From: Nocardioides sp. | Lineage (GTDB): Bacteria; Actinomycetota; Actinomycetes; Propionibacteriales; Nocardioidaceae | Length of the DNA: 64,000 bases | Direction of reading: 5' to 3' | NCBI RefSeq assembly: GCF_014360585.1 | Contig: NZ_JACIXG010000012.1 | Span: 3,196-67,195 of the forward strand | In this document: in pieces, positions 27,850 to 37,535 of the stretch | Position numbering within the stretch: the first letter of the stretch is position 1 | How the letters are laid out: each line of letters starts with the position of its first letter | Position numbers and translations under genes: made by a program | The notes under the pieces: model-generated | The model's database searches: none | What the model saw: only the letters and a program-made list of their open reading frames with translations | Told to the model about the DNA's origin: nothing

Positions 27850-29418
27850 TCACGTACGCGCCTCGAGCAGCTCGGCGGCGACCGTAGCGCTGGCACGATA
27901 GTCCACCTTGCTCACCGGCGTGCGAGGGACTCGCTCCACGAGCAGGATGTCCTTGGGCACCTTGTAGGCGGAGATCAGGCTGCGACAGTGCTCTCGGAGC
28001 GCGTCTGTCGAGGTCGCGGCCCCTTCTCGGAGCTGTACGAGGGCGGTGACCTGCTGGCCCCAGCGCTCGTTCGGGGTGCCGACGACCGCGGTGTCGAAGG
28101 CGTCGGGGTGACGCAGCAGGACGGACTCGACCTCCTCGGGGAAGACCTTCTCGCCACCGGTGTTGATGCAGCCCGAGCCGCGCCCCAGGACGGTGATCGA
28201 GCCGTCCTCCTCCCGCCGTGCGAAGTCGCCCGGGATCGACCAGCGCTGCCCGTCGACCTCCTTGAAGGTCGCTGCGGTCTTGACCGGGTCGTTGTAGTAG
28301 CCGAGCGGGATCGAGCCGGTGCGCGCGAGCATCCCGGTCTCACCCGGTGCGCACGGCCTCAGCTCGGTGTCGAAGACCTGTACGTCGATCCCGACCTGGA
28401 ACCTCGGCGCGGCCTGCGTGCCCTCGTTGCCCTCGTCGACCTGCATGCCGGTCGCCCCGGACTCCGAGGCGCCGTAGGAGTCGAGGATGTAGCGGCCCGG
28501 CAGCGCCTCCCGGAGCTGGCTGCGAACGCCGGCGGAGAGCGGGGCGGCGCCGTTGGAGACCGCGAACAGGCTGCTCAGGTCCCAGCGCTCCGGCTCGCGC
28601 AGGATCGCCTCGGCGACCGGGCGCCCCATCGCGTCACCGAGGAAGGTGAGCGAGTTGACCCCGGCGGCCTGGACGAGGTCGAGGATCGTCTCGGCCGACC
28701 AGGCGGGCTCGGTGTAGAGCGAGACCGTGCAGCCGGCGACATGGCCGTTGCCCATGATCCACTGGCTGCCGCCGTGCATCATCGGACCGCAGGCCAGGAG
28801 CACCATCGGGGACTCCTGTGCGGCGGCCTCCTCGGCGAGCTGCTCGACGGTGTCGAAGGGTGCTCCGAAGCGGCTCGCGTTCATCGCGGCGCGGATGATG
28901 TCCTCCTGGCGCCACACGACGCCCTTCGGCATCCCGGTGGTGCCGCCGGTGTAGATGACGTAGCGGTCATCTGGGCTGCGCTCGATGTCGGGACGCTCCT
29001 TGGAGGCGGCGGCGACCGCGGCGTCGTACTCCTCGCCCATCACCAGGGTCGGGATCCCCAGGTCGAGCGCTGCGACGGCCTCGACGTGCTCCGGTCCGAT
29101 GATCGCCGCGACCGCGTCGGAGTTGCGGTAGAGGTGGTCGAGCTCGTCGTGGAGGTACTTGTGGTTGATGTTGATCGGCACCGCTCGGGCCTTCATGCAG
29201 CCGTAGAAGGCGTCGACCCACTCGATCCGGTTGCGGGAGTGCACGGCGACGTGGTCGCCCGGCTCGATGCCCTGGCCGATGAGGTGGTTCGCGAGCCGGC
29301 TGGCGCGCTCGTCGAGCTCGGCGAAGCTGTAGGCGTGCTCCAAGGTGAACACGGCGGTGCGGTCGGGGATGGCGTCGGCCATCGCCTCGAGGACGTCGGG
29401 GAGAGTGATCGGGGTCAC
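27850..29418 (-). CDS. acyl-CoA synthetase (AMP-forming), FadD17/FadD19-like
   Basis: YTGGTTGMPKG, DSYGASESG, IPGDFARREEDGSITVLGRGSGCINTGGEKVFPEEVE, YKVPK...PRTPVSKVDY; canonical ANL motifs. Confidence 0.88.
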   Translation of the reverse strand: MTPITLPDVLEAMADAIPDRTAVFTLEHAYSFAELDERASRLANHLIGQGIEPGDHVAVHSRNRIEWVDAFYGCMKARAVPININHKYLHDELDHLYRNSDAVAAIIGPEHVEAVAALDLGIPTLVMGEEYDAAVAAASKERPDIERSPDDRYVIYTGGTTGMPKGVVWRQEDIIRAAMNASRFGAPFDTVEQLAEEAAAQESPMVLLACGPMMHGGSQWIMGNGHVAGCTVSLYTEPAWSAETILDLVQAAGVNSLTFLGDAMGRPVAEAILREPERWDLSSLFAVSNGAAPLSAGVRSQLREALPGRYILDSYGASESGATGMQVDEGNEGTQAAPRFQVGIDVQVFDTELRPCAPGETGMLARTGSIPLGYYNDPVKTAATFKEVDGQRWSIPGDFARREEDGSITVLGRGSGCINTGGEKVFPEEVESVLLRHPDAFDTAVVGTPNERWGQQVTALVQLREGAATSTDALREHCRSLISAYKVPKDILLVERVPRTPVSKVDYRASATVAAELLEART

Positions 29419-29436
29419 ATGAACGAGTGTGGCAAC

Positions 29437-29450
29437 TAGAACGTGTTCTC
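29437..29450. promoter_or_regulatory. KstR-type (TetR family) operator-like palindrome
   Basis: TAGAACGTGTTCTC fits 13 of 14 positions of TnnAACnnGTTnnA (last A is C). Lies 19 nt upstream of the fadD-like start (29418), in the divergent region shared with the pls-like gene. Confidence 0.55.
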
Positions 29451-29580
29451 GTCTAGCGGTTGCGGTGCAAAACCTTCTGAGGCCCCAGGCCTCGGGCCGG
29501 CCCGGGGGGTGACGGGTGGGACGAGAACAAATCGACAGGCAGAAAGAAGGAAGATGTACGTCGTCCGTTCAATTGGCCCC

Positions 29581-29681
29581 GGAAGGCTCCGCGTGTGAGC
29601 GAGCGTCAGCGAGAGAACCATCCAAGCTTCACGCGACCGCGTCCGTATCCTGGCGCTTGCGCTGCGGAGGTGGCCGCGTGA
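29581..29681 (+). repeat. copy C of the about 83-nt dispersed element, forming the immediate 5' leader, SD and start of the pls-like gene
   Basis: TGAGCGAGCGTCAGCGAG...CCGCGTCCGTATCCTGGCGCTTGCGCTGCGGAGGTGGCCGCGTG. Flanking repeats GGAAGGCTCCGCGTG (29581-29595) / GGAGGTGGCCGCGTG (29666-29680). 28-codon frame from GTG 29595 to TGA 29681. Confidence 0.75.
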
Positions 29682-32600
29682 TCGACCCTTTGCTGCGAGC
29701 AGATCTCGCGCCTGAGCCCCGGACCCTCGTCGACATCTTCCGCGCCACTGCGGCCCAGGTGCCCGACGAGCCGGCCGTCGACGCGGGCAACGGCCTGCTG
29801 ACGTACGCCGAGCTCGAGGAGGCCGCCGACGGGTTGGCCGCGGAGCTCAACGCCGCCGGGATCGGGCCGGGGGACAAGGTCGGGCTGCGGATCGCAAGTG
29901 GCACCACCGATCTGTACGTCGCGATCCTCGGCATCCTCTGTGCGGGCGCCGCCTACGTACCGGTCGACGCCGACGACCCCGAGGAGCGGGCCAGGCTGGT
30001 ATTCGGCGAGGCGCAGGTCGCCGCGGTCGTGACCAACGACCTGCGGGTCACCCTGACTCCGGTGGTCGAGCCTGTCGAGACCCGTGAGCCGGAGGAGCCC
30101 TCGACAGACGACGACGCCTGGGTGATCTTCACCTCCGGGTCGACCGGCACGCCCAAGGGCGTCGCGGTCACCCACCGCAGCGCCGCCGCGTTCGTCGACG
30201 CCGAGTCGCGCCTCTTCCTCCAAGACGCCCCGATCGGGGTCGGCGACCGGGTGATGGCCGGTCTCTCGGTCGCCTTCGACGCGAGCTGTGAGGAGATCTG
30301 GCTGGCCTGGCGCTACGGCGCCTGCCTGGTTCCGGCACCCCGTGCGCTGGTGCGCTCCGGGGTCGACGTCGGCCCGTGGCTGGTCGCCAACCAGATCACG
30401 GTCGTCTCGACCGTGCCGACGCTGGTGGCGCTGTGGCCGCCGTCGTCGCTCGACAAGGTCCGGCTGCTGATCACGGGCGGCGAGGCGATCCCGCCCGAGC
30501 TCGCCGCCCGTCTGGTCACGCCCGAGCGGGAGGTGTGGAACACCTACGGGCCGACCGAGGCGACGGTGGTGGCCTGCGGTGCCCGGCTGAGCGCCGAGGG
30601 GCCCGTACGGATCGGCCTCCCGCTCGACGGCTGGGACCTGGCCGTCGTCGACCCGGCGACCGGCATCCCGGTCCCCGCGGGTGAGACCGGTGAGCTGATC
30701 ATCGGCGGGGTCGGTCTGGCCCGCTACCTGGACGCGGCCAAGGACGCCGAGAAGTACGCCCCGATGCCGACCCTCGGCTGGGATCGGGCCTACCGCTCCG
30801 GAGACCTGGTCGTCAACGACCCCGCTGGGCTTCTCTTCGGCGGGCGTGCCGACGACCAGATCAAGCTGGGTGGCCGGCGCATCGAGCTCGGTGAGATCGA
30901 CAGTGCCCTGCTGCAGCTCGACGGGGTCGTCGGCGCCGCGGCGGCCGTCCGCAAGAGCGCTGCCGGCAACAGCCTGCTGGTCGGCTACGTCACGGTGGAG
31001 GACGCCTTCGACCACGCCGCCTCCGTCGCCCGGCTGCGGGCCGACATGCCGGCAGCCCTGGTGCCGCGGCTGGCCGTGGTCGACAGCCTCCCGACGCGTA
31101 CGAGCGGGAAGGTCGACCGCGACGCACTGCCGTGGCCGCTCGTCTCGGCCGAGGGAGCGGGGGAGGAGCTCAGTGACACCGAGAACTGGCTGGCCGGACT
31201 GTGGAACGACATCCTCGGCGCTGAGGTCGCCGGACCGGCGGCGGACTTCTTCGACCTCGGCGGCGGCAGCCTGACCGCAGCCCAGATGGTGAGCCTGATC
31301 CGGGAACGGTTCCCCGATGTCGCGCTCGGTGACATCTACGACCGGCCGAAGCTCGGCGCGCTGGCGGCCTACATCGACGAGCTGGGCAGCTCGGCTGCGG
31401 TCTCCGAACGTGAGGTGCCTGCGGTCCGGCGCCGGACCCAGTTCGCGCAGGTGGTCGCGACGATCCTGCTGCGCTGCCTCGCCGCACCGCGCTGGTTGAC
31501 CTGGATCGCGCTCGGGACGACGCTCGCCCAGCCGTGGGCGCCCTGGCTGCCCTCGATCGGCTGGTGGGTCCTCGTGCCGGCGATCCTGCTCTTCCTGACC
31601 CCGCCCGGCCGGATGCTGGTCGCGGCCGGGGTCGCCAGGCTCGTGCTGCGGGGGATCGGGCCGGGGGAGTATCCGCGCGGCGGCACGGTCCATCTGCGGC
31701 TCTGGCTGGCGACGCACGCCGTCGACGAGCTCGGCGCGCACGGTCTCGCCGGGGCGTCCTGGATGCTCTGGTACGCCAGGCTGCTCGGCGTGCGGATGGG
31801 CAAGAACGTCGACCTGCACAGCCTCCCGCCCGTCACCGGCATGCTCACCCTCGGCAAGGGCTGCTCGATCGAGCAGGAGGTCGACCTCTCCGGACACTGG
31901 ATCGAGGGTGACGTGCTCCATCTCGGCGCGGTCGAGATCGGCGAACGGGCCCGGATCGGCGCGCGGTCCACGCTGCTGCCGGGGGCCCGGGTCGGTGACG
32001 ACGCCGAGGTCGGGCCCGGGTCGGCCGTCTTCGGCGAGGTGCCGGCGGGCGAGTTCTGGTCCGGATCCCCGGCCGTCCGAGCCGCGCGGGAGGCACGCGG
32101 CCCGTGGCAGCCGCCCCAGGCGCGAGCCCGGGTGTGGATGCTTCTCTACGGCATCGCCGCCGCCGTGCTCGCGCTGCTGCCCGCGGTCGCCATCGGCGTC
32201 GGCGGGCTCGTCGCGGTCGCGCTGGCCGGCGTGCCTGAGTCCTACACCGACATCGGGCTGCTGCTCGCCTGGAGCCCGGTCGCGGTGGCGGCCGGCTTCT
32301 GCGCCCTGGCCGCGCTGATCTGGGCGGTGGTGCGGCTGGCCGGGCTGGCGATCACCCCCGGCGTACATCCGGTACGCAGCCTGGCCGGTGTCGCGGTCTG
32401 GTCGACGATGCAGGTGCTCGACGAGGCGCGCACCTGGCTCTTCCCGCTCTACTCCTCGACGCTGACGCCGCTGTGGCTGCGGGCGCTCGGCGCGAGGATC
32501 GGCAAGCGCGTCGAGGCGTCGACGGTGCTGATGATCCCCCGGCTGACGCAGGTCAACGACCAGAGTTTCCTGGCCGACGACACGCTGATCGGCGGCTACG

Positions 32601-33535
32601 AGCTCGGCGGCGGCTGGCTCCGGGTCGAGCGGGTGAAGATCGGCAAGCGCGCCTTCGTGGGCAACTCGGGCATGGCTGCCCCGGGCCGCAAGGTGCCGAA
32701 GGCGTCCCTGGTCGCCGTTCTCAGCGCGGCTCCTCGCCGCAAGCGGGCCCAGAAGGGGGAGAGCTGGCTCGGCTCGCCGCCGGCGCCGCTGCGGAGAGCG
32801 GCCGGTGACGCCGACTCGGGGCGTACCTATGACCCACCCACCCGCCTCCGGATCGCCCGGGCGCTCGTCGAGCTGGCCCGGCTGGTGCCGCAGACGCTCG
32901 CAGCGCTGCTCTACGCCGGCGTCGGCTATGTGCTCGTGCGGATCTGGGCGGCCACCGACCTCCTGGTCGCGGTCCTGGTCGCCGGGCCGGTCCTGGCGCT
33001 TGCCGGAGCGGTCGCGGCCGGCCTCACGGTGCTCGCCAAGTGGCTGCTCGTCGGCCGGATCCGGGCCGGGTCGCACCCGCTGTGGAGCTGGTTCGTGTGG
33101 GCCAACGAGCTGGCCGACACCTTCGTCGAGGTGCTCGCGGCGCCGTGGTTCACCGGCGCGGTGTCGGGCACCCCGGTGCTCAACCTGTGGTTCCGCGCGC
33201 TGGGGGCGAAGATCGGCCGGGGCGTGTGGATCGAGACCCACTGGCTACCCGAGACCGACCTGGTCGAGCTCGGCGACGGCGCCACGGTCAACGCCGGGAC
33301 GGTCGTGCAAACCCATCTCTTCCACGACCGTGTGCTGGCCCTCGACACGGTCGTCCTCGAGACCGGCGCCACGCTGGGGCCGAACTCGGTGATCCTGCCC
33401 GCGGCCGCGATCGGCCGGCATGCGGTCGTCGGCCCGGTGTCGCTGGTGATGCGCGGGGAGAGCCTTCCGGACAAGACGCTCTGGATCGGCAACCCCATCG
33501 GTCCGTGGGACCGATCGGGCGAGGACACCCTCTAA
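29678..33535 (+). CDS. Pls/PosA-family single-module non-ribosomal peptide synthetase (homopoly(amino acid) synthetase): A domain, T domain, six TM helices interleaved with three hexapeptide/acyltransferase-like domains
   Basis: A motifs FTSGSTGTPKG, NTYGPTE, GELIIGG, YRSGD, GRADDQIKLGGRRIELGEI, PTRTSGKVDR. T motif FFDLGGGSLTAAQ. Then paired TM helices with three soluble LbH-like blocks. GTG 29678 preceded by GGAGGTGG. Confidence 0.9.
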   Translation: MIDPLLRADLAPEPRTLVDIFRATAAQVPDEPAVDAGNGLLTYAELEEAADGLAAELNAAGIGPGDKVGLRIASGTTDLYVAILGILCAGAAYVPVDADDPEERARLVFGEAQVAAVVTNDLRVTLTPVVEPVETREPEEPSTDDDAWVIFTSGSTGTPKGVAVTHRSAAAFVDAESRLFLQDAPIGVGDRVMAGLSVAFDASCEEIWLAWRYGACLVPAPRALVRSGVDVGPWLVANQITVVSTVPTLVALWPPSSLDKVRLLITGGEAIPPELAARLVTPEREVWNTYGPTEATVVACGARLSAEGPVRIGLPLDGWDLAVVDPATGIPVPAGETGELIIGGVGLARYLDAAKDAEKYAPMPTLGWDRAYRSGDLVVNDPAGLLFGGRADDQIKLGGRRIELGEIDSALLQLDGVVGAAAAVRKSAAGNSLLVGYVTVEDAFDHAASVARLRADMPAALVPRLAVVDSLPTRTSGKVDRDALPWPLVSAEGAGEELSDTENWLAGLWNDILGAEVAGPAADFFDLGGGSLTAAQMVSLIRERFPDVALGDIYDRPKLGALAAYIDELGSSAAVSEREVPAVRRRTQFAQVVATILLRCLAAPRWLTWIALGTTLAQPWAPWLPSIGWWVLVPAILLFLTPPGRMLVAAGVARLVLRGIGPGEYPRGGTVHLRLWLATHAVDELGAHGLAGASWMLWYARLLGVRMGKNVDLHSLPPVTGMLTLGKGCSIEQEVDLSGHWIEGDVLHLGAVEIGERARIGARSTLLPGARVGDDAEVGPGSAVFGEVPAGEFWSGSPAVRAAREARGPWQPPQARARVWMLLYGIAAAVLALLPAVAIGVGGLVAVALAGVPESYTDIGLLLAWSPVAVAAGFCALAALIWAVVRLAGLAITPGVHPVRSLAGVAVWSTMQVLDEARTWLFPLYSSTLTPLWLRALGARIGKRVEASTVLMIPRLTQVNDQSFLADDTLIGGYELGGGWLRVERVKIGKRAFVGNSGMAAPGRKVPKASLVAVLSAAPRRKRAQKGESWLGSPPAPLRRAAGDADSGRTYDPPTRLRIARALVELARLVPQTLAALLYAGVGYVLVRIWAATDLLVAVLVAGPVLALAGAVAAGLTVLAKWLLVGRIRAGSHPLWSWFVWANELADTFVEVLAAPWFTGAVSGTPVLNLWFRALGAKIGRGVWIETHWLPETDLVELGDGATVNAGTVVQTHLFHDRVLALDTVVLETGATLGPNSVILPAAAIGRHAVVGPVSLVMRGESLPDKTLWIGNPIGPWDRSGEDTL

Positions 33536-33536
33536 C

Positions 33537-34871
33537 ATGACCGCCGTGCCGAACCTCCCCACAGCCGATCCCTACCTTCCCGGTCACGGGGACCTGTCGT
33601 GGAGCGCGACCCACTACGACCTCGAGCTCACCTACGACCTGGTCGGCAACCGGCTCGCCGGCACGGCCACGATCCGCGCGGTCGCCGTCGAGGACATCAG
33701 CCGCGTCGTCCTCGATCTCGCCCACCTGCGTGTGCAGAAGGTCGCGGTCGACGGCCGTACGCCGGCCAAGTGGGCCCACAACGACCACCGGCTGGTGCTG
33801 AACCTCCGCTCGCGGATCGCGGCCGGCGAGGAGTTCGTGGTCACGGTCAGATACTCCGGCAAGCCCCGTCCGGTCGTGCTCTCCCATCACGGCGACGCCG
33901 GCTGGGAGGAGCTCGTCGACGGCGTCATCGTCGCAGGTCAGCCGCATGGTGCGCCGACCTGGTTCCCCTGCAACGACCGGCCCTCCGACAAGGCCCGCTA
34001 CGCGATCAGCGTGACCACCGCGCCCGGTTACGCGGTCGTCTCCAACGGCGAGCTGACCTCCCGCGTACGCCGCGGCAGCGGGGAGACGTGGCGCTACTGG
34101 CAGGCCGAGCCGATGGCGACCTATCTCGCCACGGTGCAGATCGGGCGCTACCGCGTCGTCGACATGGCGCCGGCGGAGGGGCCGGGCGGCCAGGTGCCGA
34201 TCCGGGCTGCGTACCCGGTCGACGCCACCGCCGAGTTCGACGCCTCCTTCGGGCGGCAGCGGGAGATGTTGGCGTACTTCGTCTCGATCTTCGGGCCCTA
34301 CCCGTTCGCCTCCTACTCCGTCGTGGTCACCGACGACGAGCTCGAGATCCCGCTCGAGTCGCAGTCGCTGTCGACCTTCGGGCGCAACCACCTCACCGGC
34401 GAGTGGGCGGAGGTACGCCTCGTGGCCCATGAGCTCGCCCACCAGTGGTTCGGCAACGCGGTGACCCTGCGCGAATGGCGCGACATCTGGCTGCACGAGG
34501 GCTTCGCCTGCTACAGCGAGTGGCTGTGGTCCGACGCGTCCGGAGGGCGCGCGTGCGGCGAGCACGCCCGGCATCACCACCGCCGGCTGGCCGGGCTACC
34601 GCAGGACCTGGTGCTCGCCGACCCCGGTCCGGAGGACATGTTCGACGACCGCGTCTACAAGCGTGGAGCCGTCACCCTGCACGCGCTGCGGCGTACGGTC
34701 GGCGACGAGCCGTTCTTCCGGCTCCTGCGTACCTGGGTGTCCCAGCACAGCGGCGGCTCGGTCACCACCGCCGACTTCGAGGCCCACGCGGCCGAGGTCT
34801 GCGGCCGCGACCTCACCCCGCTCTTCGACGCCTGGCTACGGCAGCCGGCCCTGCCGGACCTGCCCGCCTGA
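33537..34871 (+). CDS. M1-family zinc metallopeptidase (gluzincin)
   Basis: HELAHQWFGN-x18-E (WLHEGF). GXMEN position reads IPLESQS. ATG lies one nucleotide after the pls-like TAA stop. Confidence 0.88.
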   Translation: MTAVPNLPTADPYLPGHGDLSWSATHYDLELTYDLVGNRLAGTATIRAVAVEDISRVVLDLAHLRVQKVAVDGRTPAKWAHNDHRLVLNLRSRIAAGEEFVVTVRYSGKPRPVVLSHHGDAGWEELVDGVIVAGQPHGAPTWFPCNDRPSDKARYAISVTTAPGYAVVSNGELTSRVRRGSGETWRYWQAEPMATYLATVQIGRYRVVDMAPAEGPGGQVPIRAAYPVDATAEFDASFGRQREMLAYFVSIFGPYPFASYSVVVTDDELEIPLESQSLSTFGRNHLTGEWAEVRLVAHELAHQWFGNAVTLREWRDIWLHEGFACYSEWLWSDASGGRACGEHARHHHRRLAGLPQDLVLADPGPEDMFDDRVYKRGAVTLHALRRTVGDEPFFRLLRTWVSQHSGGSVTTADFEAHAAEVCGRDLTPLFDAWLRQPALPDLPA

Positions 34872-34960
34872 ACACGGTCACCCCGCTGGTCGACACGCTC
34901 GGCCGCAGGCGGCCTCGCGGCTCGACCAGCGGGCGGCTGGCTCCGGCTACCCTCGGCGAC

Positions 34961-35482
34961 GTGCTTGAACTGACCTTCCGTGACGCGAACCTCTCCGACG
35001 TGGACCCCCTGGTCGAGCTGATCGAGTCGGCATACCGCGGCGACGCCTCCCGGGCCGGGTGGACCACCGAGGCCGACCTGCTCGCCGGCCAGCGCACCGA
35101 TCCCGATGGCGTACGCGAGGTGATCACCGCGCCGGGATCCCGCCTCCTCGTCGCCGAGCGTCCGGGCGAGATCGTCGCCTGCTGCCAGCTGCAGAAGCGC
35201 GAGGCGTACGTCTACTTCGGCATGTTCTCCGTCGCGCCGCAGCTCCAGGGTGCCGGTGTCGGCAAGGCCGTCATCGCCGAGGCCGAGCAGATCGCGCGCG
35301 AATGGGGCGCGGAGGAGATCCGGATGACTGTGATCCGCCAGCGCGAGGACCTGATCGCGTTCTACGAGCGGCGGGGATTCCGGCGTACGGGGCGGTTCGA
35401 GCCGTTCCCCTACGGCGACGAGCGCTTCGGCCTCCCGCTGCGTGACGATCTGGAGTTCGCCGAGCTTGCGAAACGACTCTGA
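34961..35482 (+). CDS. GNAT family N-acetyltransferase
   Basis: FSVAPQLQGAGVGKAVI acetyl-CoA motif A; FYERRGFRRTG. GTG start 34961. Confidence 0.82.
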   Translation: MLELTFRDANLSDVDPLVELIESAYRGDASRAGWTTEADLLAGQRTDPDGVREVITAPGSRLLVAERPGEIVACCQLQKREAYVYFGMFSVAPQLQGAGVGKAVIAEAEQIAREWGAEEIRMTVIRQREDLIAFYERRGFRRTGRFEPFPYGDERFGLPLRDDLEFAELAKRL

Positions 35483-35497
35483 TCGGGGCCCATTTTC

Positions 35498-35523
35498 TTG
35501 CACTCTCTGGGGTCGAGTGCTAA
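35498..35523. promoter_or_regulatory. CIRCE (HrcA operator) element 1
   Basis: TTGCACTC-N9-GAGTGCTAA versus consensus TTAGCACTC-N9-GAGTGCTAA. Confidence 0.85.
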
Positions 35524-35532
35524 ACATGAGGC

Positions 35533-35558
35533 TGGCACTCTTACCATGAGAGTGACAA
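35533..35558. promoter_or_regulatory. CIRCE-like element 2 (more degenerate)
   Basis: TGGCACTC-N9-GAGTGACAA. Confidence 0.65.
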
Positions 35559-35673
35559 CAAACCGGACCGGTGACGTTGAGGCGTCGCGAGCGGCAGGGA
35601 AGGGTTCTGCCGGAAGTGGCGTCGTCCGTCGCGGGCAACCCATCGGACCGGATCCAACGAACTTCCCAAGTGA

Positions 35674-37323
<1,650 letters not shown>

Positions 37324-37376
37324 GGCGCAAGCCGAAGAAGCAATCAGCACAGCTGAGCCCGTCCCGCTAGCTCACA

Positions 37377-37413
37377 AAAGAGGGCCCCTCCTTCGGGAGG
37401 GGCCCTCTTTCTC
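37377..37413 (+). terminator. intrinsic terminator after groEL
   Basis: AAAGAGGGCCCCTCC-ttcg-GGAGGGGCCCTCTTT followed by CTC; A-run and T-run on both sides (bidirectional type). Confidence 0.85.
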
Positions 37414-37426
37414 GTCTATCTGTGGA

Positions 37427-37485
37427 TAGTCCGGGACGTTCCTGTCCGTTACTGGCTGGTAGAGGGACAAAAACGTCCCGGACTA
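37427..37485. repeat. nested palindromic (REP-like) element H1
   Basis: TAGTCCGGGACGTT (37427-37440) / AACGTCCCGGACTA (37472-37485), perfect 14 bp. Inner TGTCC/GGACA; loop core TTACTGGCTGGTA. Homologous to 42912-42978. Confidence 0.75.
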
Positions 37486-37535
37486 CCTGCTCGGTTGATC
37501 CTCCTTGTCGGTGGTGGGTGGCAGGATCCGCCGGC

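Noticed and set aside
29606-33241. Very long antisense ORFs opposite recognised genes. Examples: the 1211-aa ORF antisense to the pls-like gene, 21094-23460 antisense to lon, 35410-37350 antisense to groEL, 17524-19311 antisense to otsA, and 13127-14953.
   Set aside because: These are typical high-GC shadow frames. Their translations are Arg/Gly/Pro/Asp-rich low-complexity sequence with no recognisable motifs, whereas the opposite strand encodes proteins with complete family signatures.
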